From assembly GCA_037146775.1 (NCBI GenBank), contig JBAWWL010000002.1, positions 21,935 through 85,934 of the forward strand: a DNA stretch of 64,000 nt, in the 5' to 3' direction. The notes beneath the pieces were generated by a model. It made no database searches, was not told the DNA's origin, and saw only the letters and a list, made by a program, of their open reading frames with translations. Below are positions 39,717 through 48,811 of the stretch, one piece after another (the stretch's first letter is position 1; every line of letters starts with the position of its first letter). Both the position numbers and the translations under genes were made by a program. This DNA comes from Candidatus Omnitrophota bacterium (GTDB taxonomy: Bacteria; Omnitrophota; Gorgyraeia; Duberdicusellales; 4484-171).

Positions 39717-40702
39717 GGTTTAGTTTGTGGGCTTGTAGCTATAGGAATACGGCAAAGTTTTTGTATGGCAGAGAATATTTCTAATTTTGTTTTTGCGTGA
39801 CAAGCCTGCTCCCGTAACGGTTTTGTTCCAGGGATACCCTTGGTATACCAATTAAAGAACTTGCGGAATAAAATCAATCCTGTTCGCTCGCCGTAAAAGT
39901 CTAAACATAATTGAAGGTGGATGTGCATTGTTTTTGTTCTTTCGTCCATGCCCGGCCCGTGATGCAGTGTGGTATGTCTAAAGTATGCTTTCATTTCTTC
40001 AAATATCCAAGGATTACCCAGGGCACCGCGGGCGATAACTACTGCGTCGCAACCTGTTTCTTCAAACATTTTTTTCACCGCTTCGCCTGAAAAGATATTT
40101 CCGCTCGCGATAACAGGAATGTGAAGCGCCTTCTTTACTTCTCCGATAGTTTTGTAGTCAATATCTCCGCTATATCCTTGTATTCTTGTCCGACCATGGA
40201 TAAAGAGTCCTTGGATGCCGGCATCTTGAGCATATTGAGCCACTTCTTTGGCATTCACGGATTGTTTATCCCATCCGGAGCGTATTTTAACGGTAATGGG
40301 AATGCTGGTGTTTTTTACCATTATTGCAAGTAATTCCTGCAGTTTTTTAGGCTGTTTAAGCAGACATGCTCCTTTTCCTTTAGAGACGACTTTTTTTGTA
40401 GGACAGGCAGCATTAAGATCAATGAGGTTAAACTCGTATTTTTGTAATATTTCCAATGCTTTAATGATGAATTCCGGGTCATTACCCAGAAGCTGAATGC
40501 CTAGCGGTTTGTCGGTTTCGTTTGTTGAAAGCTTGCGTTGTAGTTTTTTGCTCTTGTAATATAGGGAGTGTACGTCAATCATTTCCGTGAAAGCTAATTC
40601 GCAGCCAAACGAACGGTTTATGGTCCGGAAAGGCAAATCGCTTATTCCAGATAAGGGTGCGAGGATAAATGGTGAATTGAGGCTGAGGCTGCCTATCTGT
40701 AA
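39713..40702 (-). CDS. dus: tRNA-dihydrouridine synthase
   Basis: MLQIGSLSLNSPFILAPLSGISDLPFR Dus N-terminus; the ORF-track N-terminal 40 aa are upstream read-through. Confidence 0.8.
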   Translation of the reverse strand, partial: LQIGSLSLNSPFILAPLSGISDLPFRTINRSFGCELAFTEMIDVHSLYYKSKKLQRKLSTNETDKPLGIQLLGNDPEFIIKALEILQKYEFNLIDLNAACPTKKVVSKGKGACLLKQPKKLQELLAIMVKNTSIPITVKIRSGWDKQSVNAKEVAQYAQDAGIQGLFIHGRTRIQGYSGDIDYKTIGEVKKALHIPVIASGNIFSGEAVKKMFEETGCDAVVIARGALGNPWIFEEMKAYFRHTTLHHGPGMDERTKTMHIHLQLCLDFYGERTGLILFRKFFNWYTKGIPGTKPLREQACHAKTKLEIFSAIQKLCRIPIATSPQTKP

Positions 40703-40857
40703 CATATAACTATAACCATATAAAGTTTTTGTTACTTTCCAGACGAGAAAGCAGTGGGTTTGTGAATGTATAAAAATCACAAAAGACACACGAACGAATT
40801 CATATGATACCGGTAGAAACATTCTATTGCAAGATTTAATTTTTATCAGTATAATCT

Positions 40858-41400
40858 ATGTCTATGAAAGAAGAATTGCGTTTGTTATTGGAAAAAGAAG
40901 CTCTTTTTAAGGGCGAAGTGCGGCTTTCCTCCGGTAAAATAAGTAATTTTTACATAGATGTAAGAAGGGTAAGTTTAAGCTCTCAGGGTATTTATTTGAT
41001 TTCACACTTATTCTGGCAGCTTATAAAAGACGATCACATAGCCGCCATGGGCGGGCCGACCTTGGGGGCTGATCCTCTTGTCGCCGGTGTGTGTATGCTT
41101 GCGCACGAAAATAAGCGTTCACTCGGAGGGTTTCTTATTCGTAAAACTCCCAAAGAGCATGGAAGACAGCAATTGTTGGAAGGGAAAGAGCTTGCACCCG
41201 GCGCACGGGTAGTGGTAGTGGATGATGTGGCGACAAGCGGCGCTTCTTTAGTGAAAGCTGTCGAAATATTACAAAACGAACGGATACAGGTGGTAAAAAC
41301 GCTTGTGGTAGTCGATAGAGAAGAAGGAGCCGCGCAAAATCTAGCCAAACTTAACTGTCCGCTTGTTTCACTTTTTACTAAGAGCGATTTCTCCAAATAA
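40858..41400 (+). CDS. pyrE: Orotate phosphoribosyltransferase
   Basis: FKGEVRLSSGKISNFYID and VVVVDDVATSGAS PRPP-binding motif. Confidence 0.85.
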   Translation: MSMKEELRLLLEKEALFKGEVRLSSGKISNFYIDVRRVSLSSQGIYLISHLFWQLIKDDHIAAMGGPTLGADPLVAGVCMLAHENKRSLGGFLIRKTPKEHGRQQLLEGKELAPGARVVVVDDVATSGASLVKAVEILQNERIQVVKTLVVVDREEGAAQNLAKLNCPLVSLFTKSDFSK

Positions 41401-41405
41401 TTTGA

Positions 41406-42278
41406 ATGATTACACAGATGATACGCAGATTCGACCGATGGCAGAAGTCAGAGGTCAGAAGCCAGAGGTTAGAAGCCAGGGCTAATATTTCTGTCCTCTG
41501 TCATCTGTCGTCTGTTCTTTGTCCTCTGTTTTTTAGTCTATTTTTAGGCGGGTGTGTCACCACCGAATACAACGTCGGGACGCACAAAGAAGATATCATG
41601 TTCTATTCTACCGAAAAAGAGGTGGCAATGGGGCAGAATATCCACAAAGAAGTTGTAAAACAATTCAAGCTATCGGGGAACCCCAGTGACATCGAACGGA
41701 TAAATACCATCGGTAATAAAATAGCCGGAGTTTGTGACCGTAAAGAAATACATTATTATTTCTATGTTGTTGGCGCTAATGATAAAGGCGAGGGAGATGA
41801 AAAAAATGCCTTTAGCGTTCCCGGAGGCTACATTTATGTTTTTAAAGCTTTGCTTGATGATTTAACCGATGACGAGCTCGCCTTTGTTCTTGCTCACGAA
41901 ATCGGCCATGTGGTATCGAGGCATGTCGTCAAGAAACTGCAGGCAGCAATGGGTTATGATCTTATTTTGATTGCTTCGGCGGGCGCGGCCCGCGATCCAG
42001 CCTTTACTCAAGGGCTTTCATATGCGCTTGCCCAAATTATGGCAGCATATTCAAGGGAGGACGAGTATAATGCCGATGAGTTGGCGATAAAATATACTCA
42101 AACCTGTCAATACGATTCTAAGTCAGGCATAGAGGTGTTGGAAAAGCTTTACAAGGAAAACAAAAAAGTTATTCGGCCGCTTTCTTACTTTAGAACTCAC
42201 CCTTACACCGCTCAACGAATTGCCCACATGAGAGAAACCCTGCATCTTCCCTTGACCGCCGCCGACTATATCAACTAA
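41406..42278 (+). CDS. M48-family zinc metallopeptidase, probable lipoprotein (start codon uncertain)
   Basis: HEIGHVVSRH HExxH motif; LFLGGC lipobox; the N-terminal ~45 codons are encoded by the two heptamer repeat arrays. Confidence 0.65.
   Translation: MITQMIRRFDRWQKSEVRSQRLEARANISVLCHLSSVLCPLFFSLFLGGCVTTEYNVGTHKEDIMFYSTEKEVAMGQNIHKEVVKQFKLSGNPSDIERINTIGNKIAGVCDRKEIHYYFYVVGANDKGEGDEKNAFSVPGGYIYVFKALLDDLTDDELAFVLAHEIGHVVSRHVVKKLQAAMGYDLILIASAGAARDPAFTQGLSYALAQIMAAYSREDEYNADELAIKYTQTCQYDSKSGIEVLEKLYKENKKVIRPLSYFRTHPYTAQRIAHMRETLHLPLTAADYIN
41442..41531. repeat. Two mirrored heptanucleotide tandem arrays: (CAGARGY)x6 - AATATT - (TCTGTYN)x6
   Basis: Purine-rich array 41442-41483, central palindrome AATATT 41484-41489, pyrimidine-rich array 41490-41531; counted directly. 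Confidence 0.8.
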
Positions 42279-42355
42279 TGGCGGATTAAATAATTCAGAT
42301 AGTAACGAATTAAAGGATTAATGTATTGATGCTAATTTTTGTAATATAGCCGCGT

Positions 42356-43309
42356 CTAAGGCATGAAAGATTTTAGTATCATCAAGAAGGATAAGTTAAA
42401 GGTGTTGTGTATAATGTGTAGTGTGATGGGGGCGGAAATATGCTGTGTTTTTTCGTATACATAACAGAGTACGATACTGAGAAAAAGTAACGGAAGTATG
42501 TCTTGCGGTGTTCTGTGCAACATGGAAAAAATAACCGATGAAAGGATAGCGGAAAGCCAAAAACCATATCGTTTTCTGGCGCATTTATAGATAATAGCTC
42601 GAAAAAATAATTCTTCAGCCACCGGCCCAAACAGAATTACCTGTAAAACAATAAGAGCAATAATTTTAGTATTTTTAAAAGCAAGGAAAAGTCCGATAAC
42701 AGGATTTTGGACTATTTTCATGCCGCTTTTCTCGGTAAGAAAGGTATTGAATAGAAGTAGCCCCGTGATAAGCGGCAATATGGTTATATAGACTTTAACC
42801 AGATAGTCGAAATCATTTTTGGCTATGGAGAAGTCTAAGAATTTCCCGGGGAGAAAGCAGCGTATTATGCCTATGATGCCTAATTCTAGGGCCAGGTTAA
42901 GCGTGAGAGCCAATTCAAGCCTGTTTATATTCAGTTGGAAGATAGCCGCACTTATCTCTATTACGTAAGTGCAAAAAACAAATAAAGTGACCAAGAAAAT
43001 AAGCTTTCCGGTTGTTTCTTGATCAAGCGGAAACGATTTCTGTATTGTTTCGAATTGTAGGGATGCTTTTTTCCGAAACAGCTTGATGGAGTATAATATT
43101 AAATGAACAGTTCCCGTCAGTAGCAGAAATATAAACAGAGTAACGAAAAAAACGAATGTTTGAGTATGCGGGTTATTAGTCAGTCTTTGTTTATCAAAGG
43201 TAGGCTCGTAAGCGTTTTTCGTGGAAAATTTCGAAGGAATAGAGTTTTGTAACAGCACTATAGCGATGATGCAGACGAGAGTTAATAGAATATATTTATT
43301 TTTTTTCAC
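42356..43309 (-). CDS. CPBP-family intramembrane metalloprotease (CAAX protease/Abi family)
   Basis: EELFFRAIIY...FSMLH motifs in a multi-TM protein. Confidence 0.7.
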   Translation of the reverse strand: MKKNKYILLTLVCIIAIVLLQNSIPSKFSTKNAYEPTFDKQRLTNNPHTQTFVFFVTLFIFLLLTGTVHLILYSIKLFRKKASLQFETIQKSFPLDQETTGKLIFLVTLFVFCTYVIEISAAIFQLNINRLELALTLNLALELGIIGIIRCFLPGKFLDFSIAKNDFDYLVKVYITILPLITGLLLFNTFLTEKSGMKIVQNPVIGLFLAFKNTKIIALIVLQVILFGPVAEELFFRAIIYKCARKRYGFWLSAILSSVIFSMLHRTPQDILPLLFLSIVLCYVYEKTQHISAPITLHIIHNTFNLSFLMILKSFMP

Positions 43310-43441
43310 TATTTTTTATTGTTTCTGTTCAGCAACTAATGGAATATTCCATTAGTTATGTTTCTGTAGTGATATCCTGCTCGTAGTCTTCCTGTCTCGT
43401 AATTTTTAGGGCGCCGTATGTTTTTGATAAAGTAAAGAAAA

Positions 43442-43529
43442 CGGAGGAGAGAGGATTTGAACCTCTGAGGGACACAAGGCCCCCACTGGTTTTCGAGACC
43501 AGCGCATTCAACCACTCTGCCACTCCTCC
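43442..43529 (-). tRNA. tRNA-Ser (anticodon CGA)
   Basis: Manual fold: acceptor GGAGGAG/CTCCTCC, 3-bp D stem, anticodon loop CUCGAAA, long variable arm, T-loop TTCAAAT; 88 nt. Confidence 0.85.
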
Positions 43530-43632
43530 AGGTGAAATTTTACGCAAAACGTAAAAGCCCAACGGTTTTTCCGCCAAAATTTGTTCTACAAATTTTGGCG
43601 AGACCTCGCCTAAATAATTATTAATACGGCGG

Positions 43633-43670
43633 GCGAGACCAGCGCATTCAACCACTCTGCCACTCCTCCA
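43633..43670. repeat. 38-bp exact direct copy of the 5' half of tRNA-Ser (acceptor through anticodon stem)
   Basis: CGAGACCAGCGCATTCAACCACTCTGCCACTCCTCCA identical to 43493-43530. Confidence 0.85.
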
Positions 43671-44140
43671 AGAGCCAGCGTACTTACGCATGGCCGAACA
43701 ATATCGTTGAGTTAATGTAGCTAAGGAAGTTTTACCACCTACCAACTGTTCAGGTCCCTGGCTCTTCATAGGGACTCTGTCTCTTTTGATGAAAAGCTGC
43801 AAGAATACCTAAGATGTAATTCACGCTTTGCTGTCACCCTGGAGTTATCTCAGGGAGGACAGATTATCTTACCAAGAATTCTCAAACAAGCAAAAATACG
43901 CAAGGGTGGGGGTTTCCGCCCTGGGCGCCTGCCCGCCGTGTATAACTTCACAATAACGGTAATAGGTTAAGGCTACGGTTACGATGCCCGTTTCGTTCTT
44001 CGGTTACGTCATTCGTCTTTATTTTTATATATACTTAAGCCGTTACCGCTAGACGTCACCGATACGGGCACCCTTACCCTTGCCGTTATCGAAATACTGA
44101 AGAACTACACTGCCCGGCGAGGCAGGGATTTGCCTTAATT

Positions 44141-44387
44141 AAAAGTGCGCGGGGGGGGACTTGAAACAAATCTCGCCGGAGGCGAGCTTCTTAGTATTTG
44201 TTCCAAGACCACTCTCGCATAAAATAAACTATAGTTGGCGCGCAAAACTTTTAGAACAAGCAAAAGTGCGCGGGGGGGGACTTGAAACAAATCTCGCCGG
44301 AGGCGAGCTTCTTAGTATTTGTTCCAAGACCACTCTCGCATAAAATAAACTATAGTTGGCGCGCAAAACTTTTAGAACAAGCAAAAG
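44141..44387. repeat. Two 121-bp tandem units plus a partial third copy, each beginning with the last 25 nt of tRNA-Leu (T-loop through discriminator + CTTTT)
   Basis: AAAAGTGCGCGGGGGGGGACTTGAA at 44141, 44262 and 44383 (the last is the tRNA itself); the intervening 96 bp are identical and contain the hairpin CTCGCCGGAGGCGAG. Confidence 0.9.
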
Positions 44388-44469
44388 TGCGCGGGGGGGG
44401 ACTTGAACCCCCATGGAATTACCCATACGCTTCTGAGACGTATGCGTCTGCCAATTTCGCCACCCGCGC
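44388..44469 (-). tRNA. tRNA-Leu (anticodon CAG)
   Basis: Manual fold: acceptor GCGCGGG/CCCGCGC, 3-bp D stem, anticodon loop CUCAGAA, 13-nt variable arm, T-arm GGGGG-TTCAAGT-CCCCC; 82 nt. Confidence 0.8.
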
Positions 44470-44759
44470 ATTTTTCAAAGGATATGGCACAGTCCTCAAG
44501 AGTTGCCCCCATGCGCTTTTGAGGCGCATGCGTATGTCAACCCCGTCAACTTCCGCACAAAGTTATTACGTGTTTATTAATCCGCATTAACTAAGTATTG
44601 CCACGAAGTATTCCAATTATATCAAATAATTTGCTTGTCAGGAAAGATTTTTCTGCGCAAGTACCCTAAAGGTCAATAAACTATAGAAATTTAATAGGGC
44701 TGGCGGAGCAGCTATTTTATATCTTTCTCAACGAGATATCCTATGTTATAATTTTTTAC

Positions 44760-45707
44760 ATGATGGTTGTTGCGCTTGCGATTATTAAATCGACGAGTAT
44801 TGCTTTACTCGGATATTATTTGTATAAGAAAGATTATATTAATACAAAAGTCCTTGATTTCTTAATCTTTTTTGTAATAAATTTTGCCGTACCTTGCCTG
44901 GCATTCGCCCATCTTGTAGAAAACCTTAAAGTCAATACCCAGCCTTCCTTGGGGGTGTTTCTTTTGCTCAGCATTATTATATTTGTTATCAGTTTTCTTG
45001 TTGGGTTGCTTTTTTCATTTAGGAAGAGCCACGAATTTAAAAGAGAATTTATCAGTCTGGTAAGTTTTCAAAATAGCGGTTATCTGCCGATGAATATCGC
45101 ATTATTTCTTTTTCCCCCGGTATTGCGGGAAACATTTCTGGTGTATATTTTCCTCTATATTTTGGGATTCGATATCATTATGTGGTCGATAGGCAGTTTT
45201 TTTATTTTCAAGAAGAAAGAGGATGAATTTAAGATAAAATCAATTCTTACCCCGCCGATTATAAGCATAGCGCTGGCTCTTGTTTTAGTATATACCGGCG
45301 GCGCACGATTCCTGCCTGACATATTTATCGGGCCGGTTAAAATGGTAGGCGAAACGAGTTTTGTGCTTTCTATGATTATCGTAGGCTGCTGGCTTGCCCG
45401 CGTCGAGCTCAACGGATTATATAAAAAACTACTGATTATTTTGGAAGCAAGTTTTGCCAAGCTCGTTATATTGCCGTCTCTATTTTTGTTTATAGTTGTG
45501 AAGCTGGATGTAACCCCTCTTTTGGGATTGTTTATTATTTTACAGGCGGCAATGCCTTCGGCAGTAAGCTTGCCTATAGTAGTGAATTTACGTAATGCTG
45601 ACAGTGAATTCGTTTCACAGGGAGTGCTGGTTACGCATCTTATCAGCATTATAACCGTTCCTTTGTGGTTGGGATTATATGTAAGGCTGACGCATTTTTC
45701 TTTTTGA
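44760..45707 (+). CDS. AEC-family (auxin efflux carrier-like) membrane transporter
   Basis: ~10 TM helices, 315 aa, typical AEC/malate permease N-terminus. Confidence 0.65.
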   Translation: MMVVALAIIKSTSIALLGYYLYKKDYINTKVLDFLIFFVINFAVPCLAFAHLVENLKVNTQPSLGVFLLLSIIIFVISFLVGLLFSFRKSHEFKREFISLVSFQNSGYLPMNIALFLFPPVLRETFLVYIFLYILGFDIIMWSIGSFFIFKKKEDEFKIKSILTPPIISIALALVLVYTGGARFLPDIFIGPVKMVGETSFVLSMIIVGCWLARVELNGLYKKLLIILEASFAKLVILPSLFLFIVVKLDVTPLLGLFIILQAAMPSAVSLPIVVNLRNADSEFVSQGVLVTHLISIITVPLWLGLYVRLTHFSF

Positions 45708-45738
45708 AATAATTTGAGAGCGCGGGCATCGTTATATT

Positions 45739-46200
45739 ATGAAAATAATCGCCACTAACAGAAAAGCCATTCGTGATTACACTTTGCTGGAAACCTATGA
45801 AGCGGGGATAGAGCTGAAGGGAACCGAAGTCAAATCTCTTCGTGTCCGAGGTTGTTCTGTCGAGGAAGCTTTTGGCAGGGTAGAGGGTAGCGAAATCTTT
45901 CTGTATAACATGCATATCCCTGAATATGAGAAAAGCTCTTATTTCAGGGCGGAGCCGAAACGAACCAGAAAATTGCTGTTACATAAGAAAGAAATCAAGC
46001 GGTTGATCGGGCTCATCAGCCAAAAAGGTTTTACCATCATTCCCTTAAAAATGTATTTCAACGATAAGGGATTTGCCAAGGTAGAGATCGCTCTGGCTAA
46101 GGGTAGAGTTTTGTATGATAAGCGCCGCAAAATCAAAGAAGCGTTAACGGAAAGAGAGACGCGCAGAATTTTGAAGGGATTTAATAACCGCGGCAGGTAA
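45739..46200 (+). CDS. smpB: SsrA-binding protein SmpB
   Basis: NRKAIRDYTLLETYEAGIELKGTEVKSLR canonical SmpB N-terminus and basic C-terminal tail. Confidence 0.9.
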   Translation: MKIIATNRKAIRDYTLLETYEAGIELKGTEVKSLRVRGCSVEEAFGRVEGSEIFLYNMHIPEYEKSSYFRAEPKRTRKLLLHKKEIKRLIGLISQKGFTIIPLKMYFNDKGFAKVEIALAKGRVLYDKRRKIKEALTERETRRILKGFNNRGR

Positions 46201-46329
46201 TATTGTTTGTAAGTGGCGTAGCGACCGGTGCGCTCAAAATTGCATAGTGTTTTATTGGCCCGGTGATATAATTGTTTGCGAAAGACATCTTATTGTGATG
46301 GTATGCGTGATGTGAGCGGAGAATAAGTT

Positions 46330-47103
46330 ATGAATGACATACTGCGCGTAGGAATAGATGCCGCGCAAGAAGCGGGCAAATTGTTGTTAAAGAATTTCGG
46401 TAAAGTAACTCATATCGAACAAAAAGGCGATCGCGATTTTGCCACCAATCTCGATAAAGAGGCAGAACGCCTGATCGTAGAGAGGATTAAAACGAAATTC
46501 CCCGCTCACGGTATTTTTGCCGAAGAGGGGGGAAGCAGCGGCTTAAACAGAGAGTATCTGTGGATAATCGATCCTCTTGACGGGACACATAATTTTATTC
46601 ATAACATAGATATTTTTGGCGTCTCCATAGGCGTGGTGCGTAAAGGAGCATTTGTTGCGGGTGTTATTTATATGCCCAAAGACAATGAATTGTATGTGGC
46701 TGAAAAAGGGGGCGGGAGTTATAAGAATGGCAAGAGAATTTCTGTTTCGTCTACAGAAAACCTCAAAGAATGTTCGATCTCGTTTGATTCCAGTATCCGT
46801 TATTCGCCCAAAATAATGCTCAAAGTTTTGGGCAGATTAGCCAAAAACGTATTTAATATACGCATGTTTGGTTCTTCCGCCCGGGTGTTGTCATACCTTG
46901 CCGAAGGAAAACTTGATTTTGCGGTAGAGTTTTACGATCGCCCTTGGGATTTTGCTGCCGGTGCATGTATTATCGAAGAAGCAGGTGGAAGAATCACGAC
47001 GTTAAAGGGGAGAAAACTTACCTATAAAACAATCGGTTATATTGCTTCTAACAGTGTCTCTCATAACAAAGCGCAGGCAATAGTTCGAAATTATATTGGT
47101 TGA
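46330..47103 (+). CDS. suhB: Inositol monophosphatase family protein (SuhB-like)
   Basis: WIIDPLDGTHNF and metal-binding motifs of the IMPase fold. Confidence 0.8.
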   Translation: MNDILRVGIDAAQEAGKLLLKNFGKVTHIEQKGDRDFATNLDKEAERLIVERIKTKFPAHGIFAEEGGSSGLNREYLWIIDPLDGTHNFIHNIDIFGVSIGVVRKGAFVAGVIYMPKDNELYVAEKGGGSYKNGKRISVSSTENLKECSISFDSSIRYSPKIMLKVLGRLAKNVFNIRMFGSSARVLSYLAEGKLDFAVEFYDRPWDFAAGACIIEEAGGRITTLKGRKLTYKTIGYIASNSVSHNKAQAIVRNYIG

Positions 47104-47135
47104 TTTTTCCAAAATATTGAGGACAATATATACAT

Positions 47136-47888
47136 ATGAGAAAATATACTAATATAGTTTTATTGTTGGCAGGTGCTGTTTTGTTTGTGGGTATTGCCAG
47201 TAATTTCTGTTTTGCACAAACAGAAAATGCCGACACCGGTATGACGGCGCAGCCTTCGGTAGGCGCTCCTATACAAAAATGGCTGCAAAAAAAAGGTTTA
47301 AGCCCCAACGTTTTTTTTCGCGATGATTATAGCTTTTTGGACGGAGACTTTGAATTGGCCGGAGAAATAACAACAGATATTATGTCCGGAGATTTTTCCA
47401 TTGATGATCCCGAGATTCTCAAACAGGCGAAAGAGAATATCGAGAACGGTAATACGTTATTTTTTCCATGGGATAGCAAAGGAATAGCGAAGGTGGTTAC
47501 CGTAGAAGGAAATGCTATGGCAGAAGTAAAAACAGGCACGGACGGCATCGCTGCTATCAGCCAAGATATCGGCTTCAAGAACGTAAAGGCAGAGTTCACC
47601 TTCGATGTGTACCCGGTAGAGGTAAACGATGCGGATATCTTGGATGTCTTTTTGGCTGATTTTGGAATGAAAACAGACGGGGTGCCTTCTCGCGTGGCGG
47701 TTGCGAAATATAAATTATCTGAGTTGTCGTCGCCGGAGCATATTGTCATAGACTTTTCGAAAAATAAAGAAGTAAAAGATTTCTTGGAAAAAGATATAGA
47801 ACAGCGGTTTAATATCATTTGTCAAATTACCGCCAGGCGGGATGAGCCGGCTACGGTACGTTTTGATAATTTTAAGATGTCGTATTGA
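47136..47888 (+). CDS. Secreted hypothetical protein
   Basis: Signal peptide (LLLAGAVLFVGIASNFCFAQT); no recognisable domain. Confidence 0.5.
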   Translation: MRKYTNIVLLLAGAVLFVGIASNFCFAQTENADTGMTAQPSVGAPIQKWLQKKGLSPNVFFRDDYSFLDGDFELAGEITTDIMSGDFSIDDPEILKQAKENIENGNTLFFPWDSKGIAKVVTVEGNAMAEVKTGTDGIAAISQDIGFKNVKAEFTFDVYPVEVNDADILDVFLADFGMKTDGVPSRVAVAKYKLSELSSPEHIVIDFSKNKEVKDFLEKDIEQRFNIICQITARRDEPATVRFDNFKMSY

Positions 47889-47998
47889 TAGATGCCCGCA
47901 TAATGGTTGTTTTGTCTCGGGTTGACGAAAGCGTGTTAAATGCGGTATAATATAAGAGTGGTTTCGGTAATAGGCTAGATAATCAAAAAGGAGGTCGT

Positions 47999-48391
47999 AT
48001 GAGAACATACCTTTTAATTCTATTCAGTATTTTGGCAGTGTCATTTTGTGGAGTCGTTTTTGCCCAAGGAGCCGACGAAAATATTACCATAACCACTTTT
48101 TATCCATCACCGAAAGGTATTTTCAAAACTATGGAAATATTGAATGGGAACAGCCGTATCCAGATGAATAATGCTGACGGTTTTCCTAATATTGATTTTA
48201 ATAATAATGCTACTGAGACACCATATGACTACCGTATTTATCTGATAGATGACAACTATTTTGGTATCAGAGGCGGCGCCTCCCGGACAGGAAGCGCGCC
48301 AACCTATGACATTAATTCCGGTGTTCGTTTCACCGATAGAGCCGGCAACCCCAACAGAATTGAAGTAGGCGAAATCTGGATTTGCTACTAG
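47999..48391 (+). CDS. Small secreted hypothetical protein
   Basis: Signal peptide; strong upstream promoter TTGACG-18-TATAAT (47914-47943) and AAAGGAGG RBS. Confidence 0.5.
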   Translation: MRTYLLILFSILAVSFCGVVFAQGADENITITTFYPSPKGIFKTMEILNGNSRIQMNNADGFPNIDFNNNATETPYDYRIYLIDDNYFGIRGGASRTGSAPTYDINSGVRFTDRAGNPNRIEVGEIWICY

Positions 48392-48499
48392 CGGAGGTTT
48401 GACATCACGCACAAGGCTTTCAAGACAACCAATGAAGCAGCGATAGTAACGGTTGATACTGACCTATATTCCCTTCCCACCATATACGCCGCCAGTTAT

Positions 48500-48811
48500 G
48501 TGTTCTTGGATAAGGCATATATCTATTTGGACAAAGATGCTCACAGCCGAGTAGCAGTGTGGATATACCCCAAAGATAAAAGCTGCGATATCGGGCAACT
48601 TGGCATGGAGTTTTCCAACGAGTTGCTTAACTACGCCCACTATTTTACCAGCTTAAAAGCGAATGCCGGAATTATGAAGGCTTTACTGCAGCGTGCACTT
48701 TTTTCAGCCGCCCCCTCTTTAGTGAATGAGATGGGAAAACAGGAAGTCGAAAGCGTTATCGACGAGCTTGAGCAGGAAGAAAAGAAACGCATACCCAAAA
48801 AAAGTAAGTAA
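48500..48811 (+). CDS. Hypothetical protein (first gene of the radical-SAM operon; GTG start)
   Basis: 103-aa ORF whose TAA stop overlaps the next start (TAATG). Confidence 0.4.
   Translation: MFLDKAYIYLDKDAHSRVAVWIYPKDKSCDIGQLGMEFSNELLNYAHYFTSLKANAGIMKALLQRALFSAAPSLVNEMGKQEVESVIDELEQEEKKRIPKKSK

Noticed and set aside
43356-43802. 148-aa ORF on the minus strand
   Set aside because: It reads straight through tRNA-Ser and its duplicated fragment (peptide ...GGVAEWLNALVSKTSG is the tRNA translated). It is an artefact of a stop-free tRNA region.
43530-44390. Possible tmRNA (ssrA) gene near smpB
   Set aside because: Neither strand has a tRNA-like acceptor/T-arm pairing with a TTCNANT loop, and there is no plausible tag-peptide frame. 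The GGGGG-TTCAAGT-CCCCC element belongs to a complete tRNA-Leu with a normal anticodon arm.
46201-46329. Promoter TTGCAT...TGaTATAAT upstream of suhB
   Set aside because: The spacer between the candidate -35 and -10 is ~21 nt, too long for a sigma70-type promoter. Only the -10 is convincing.
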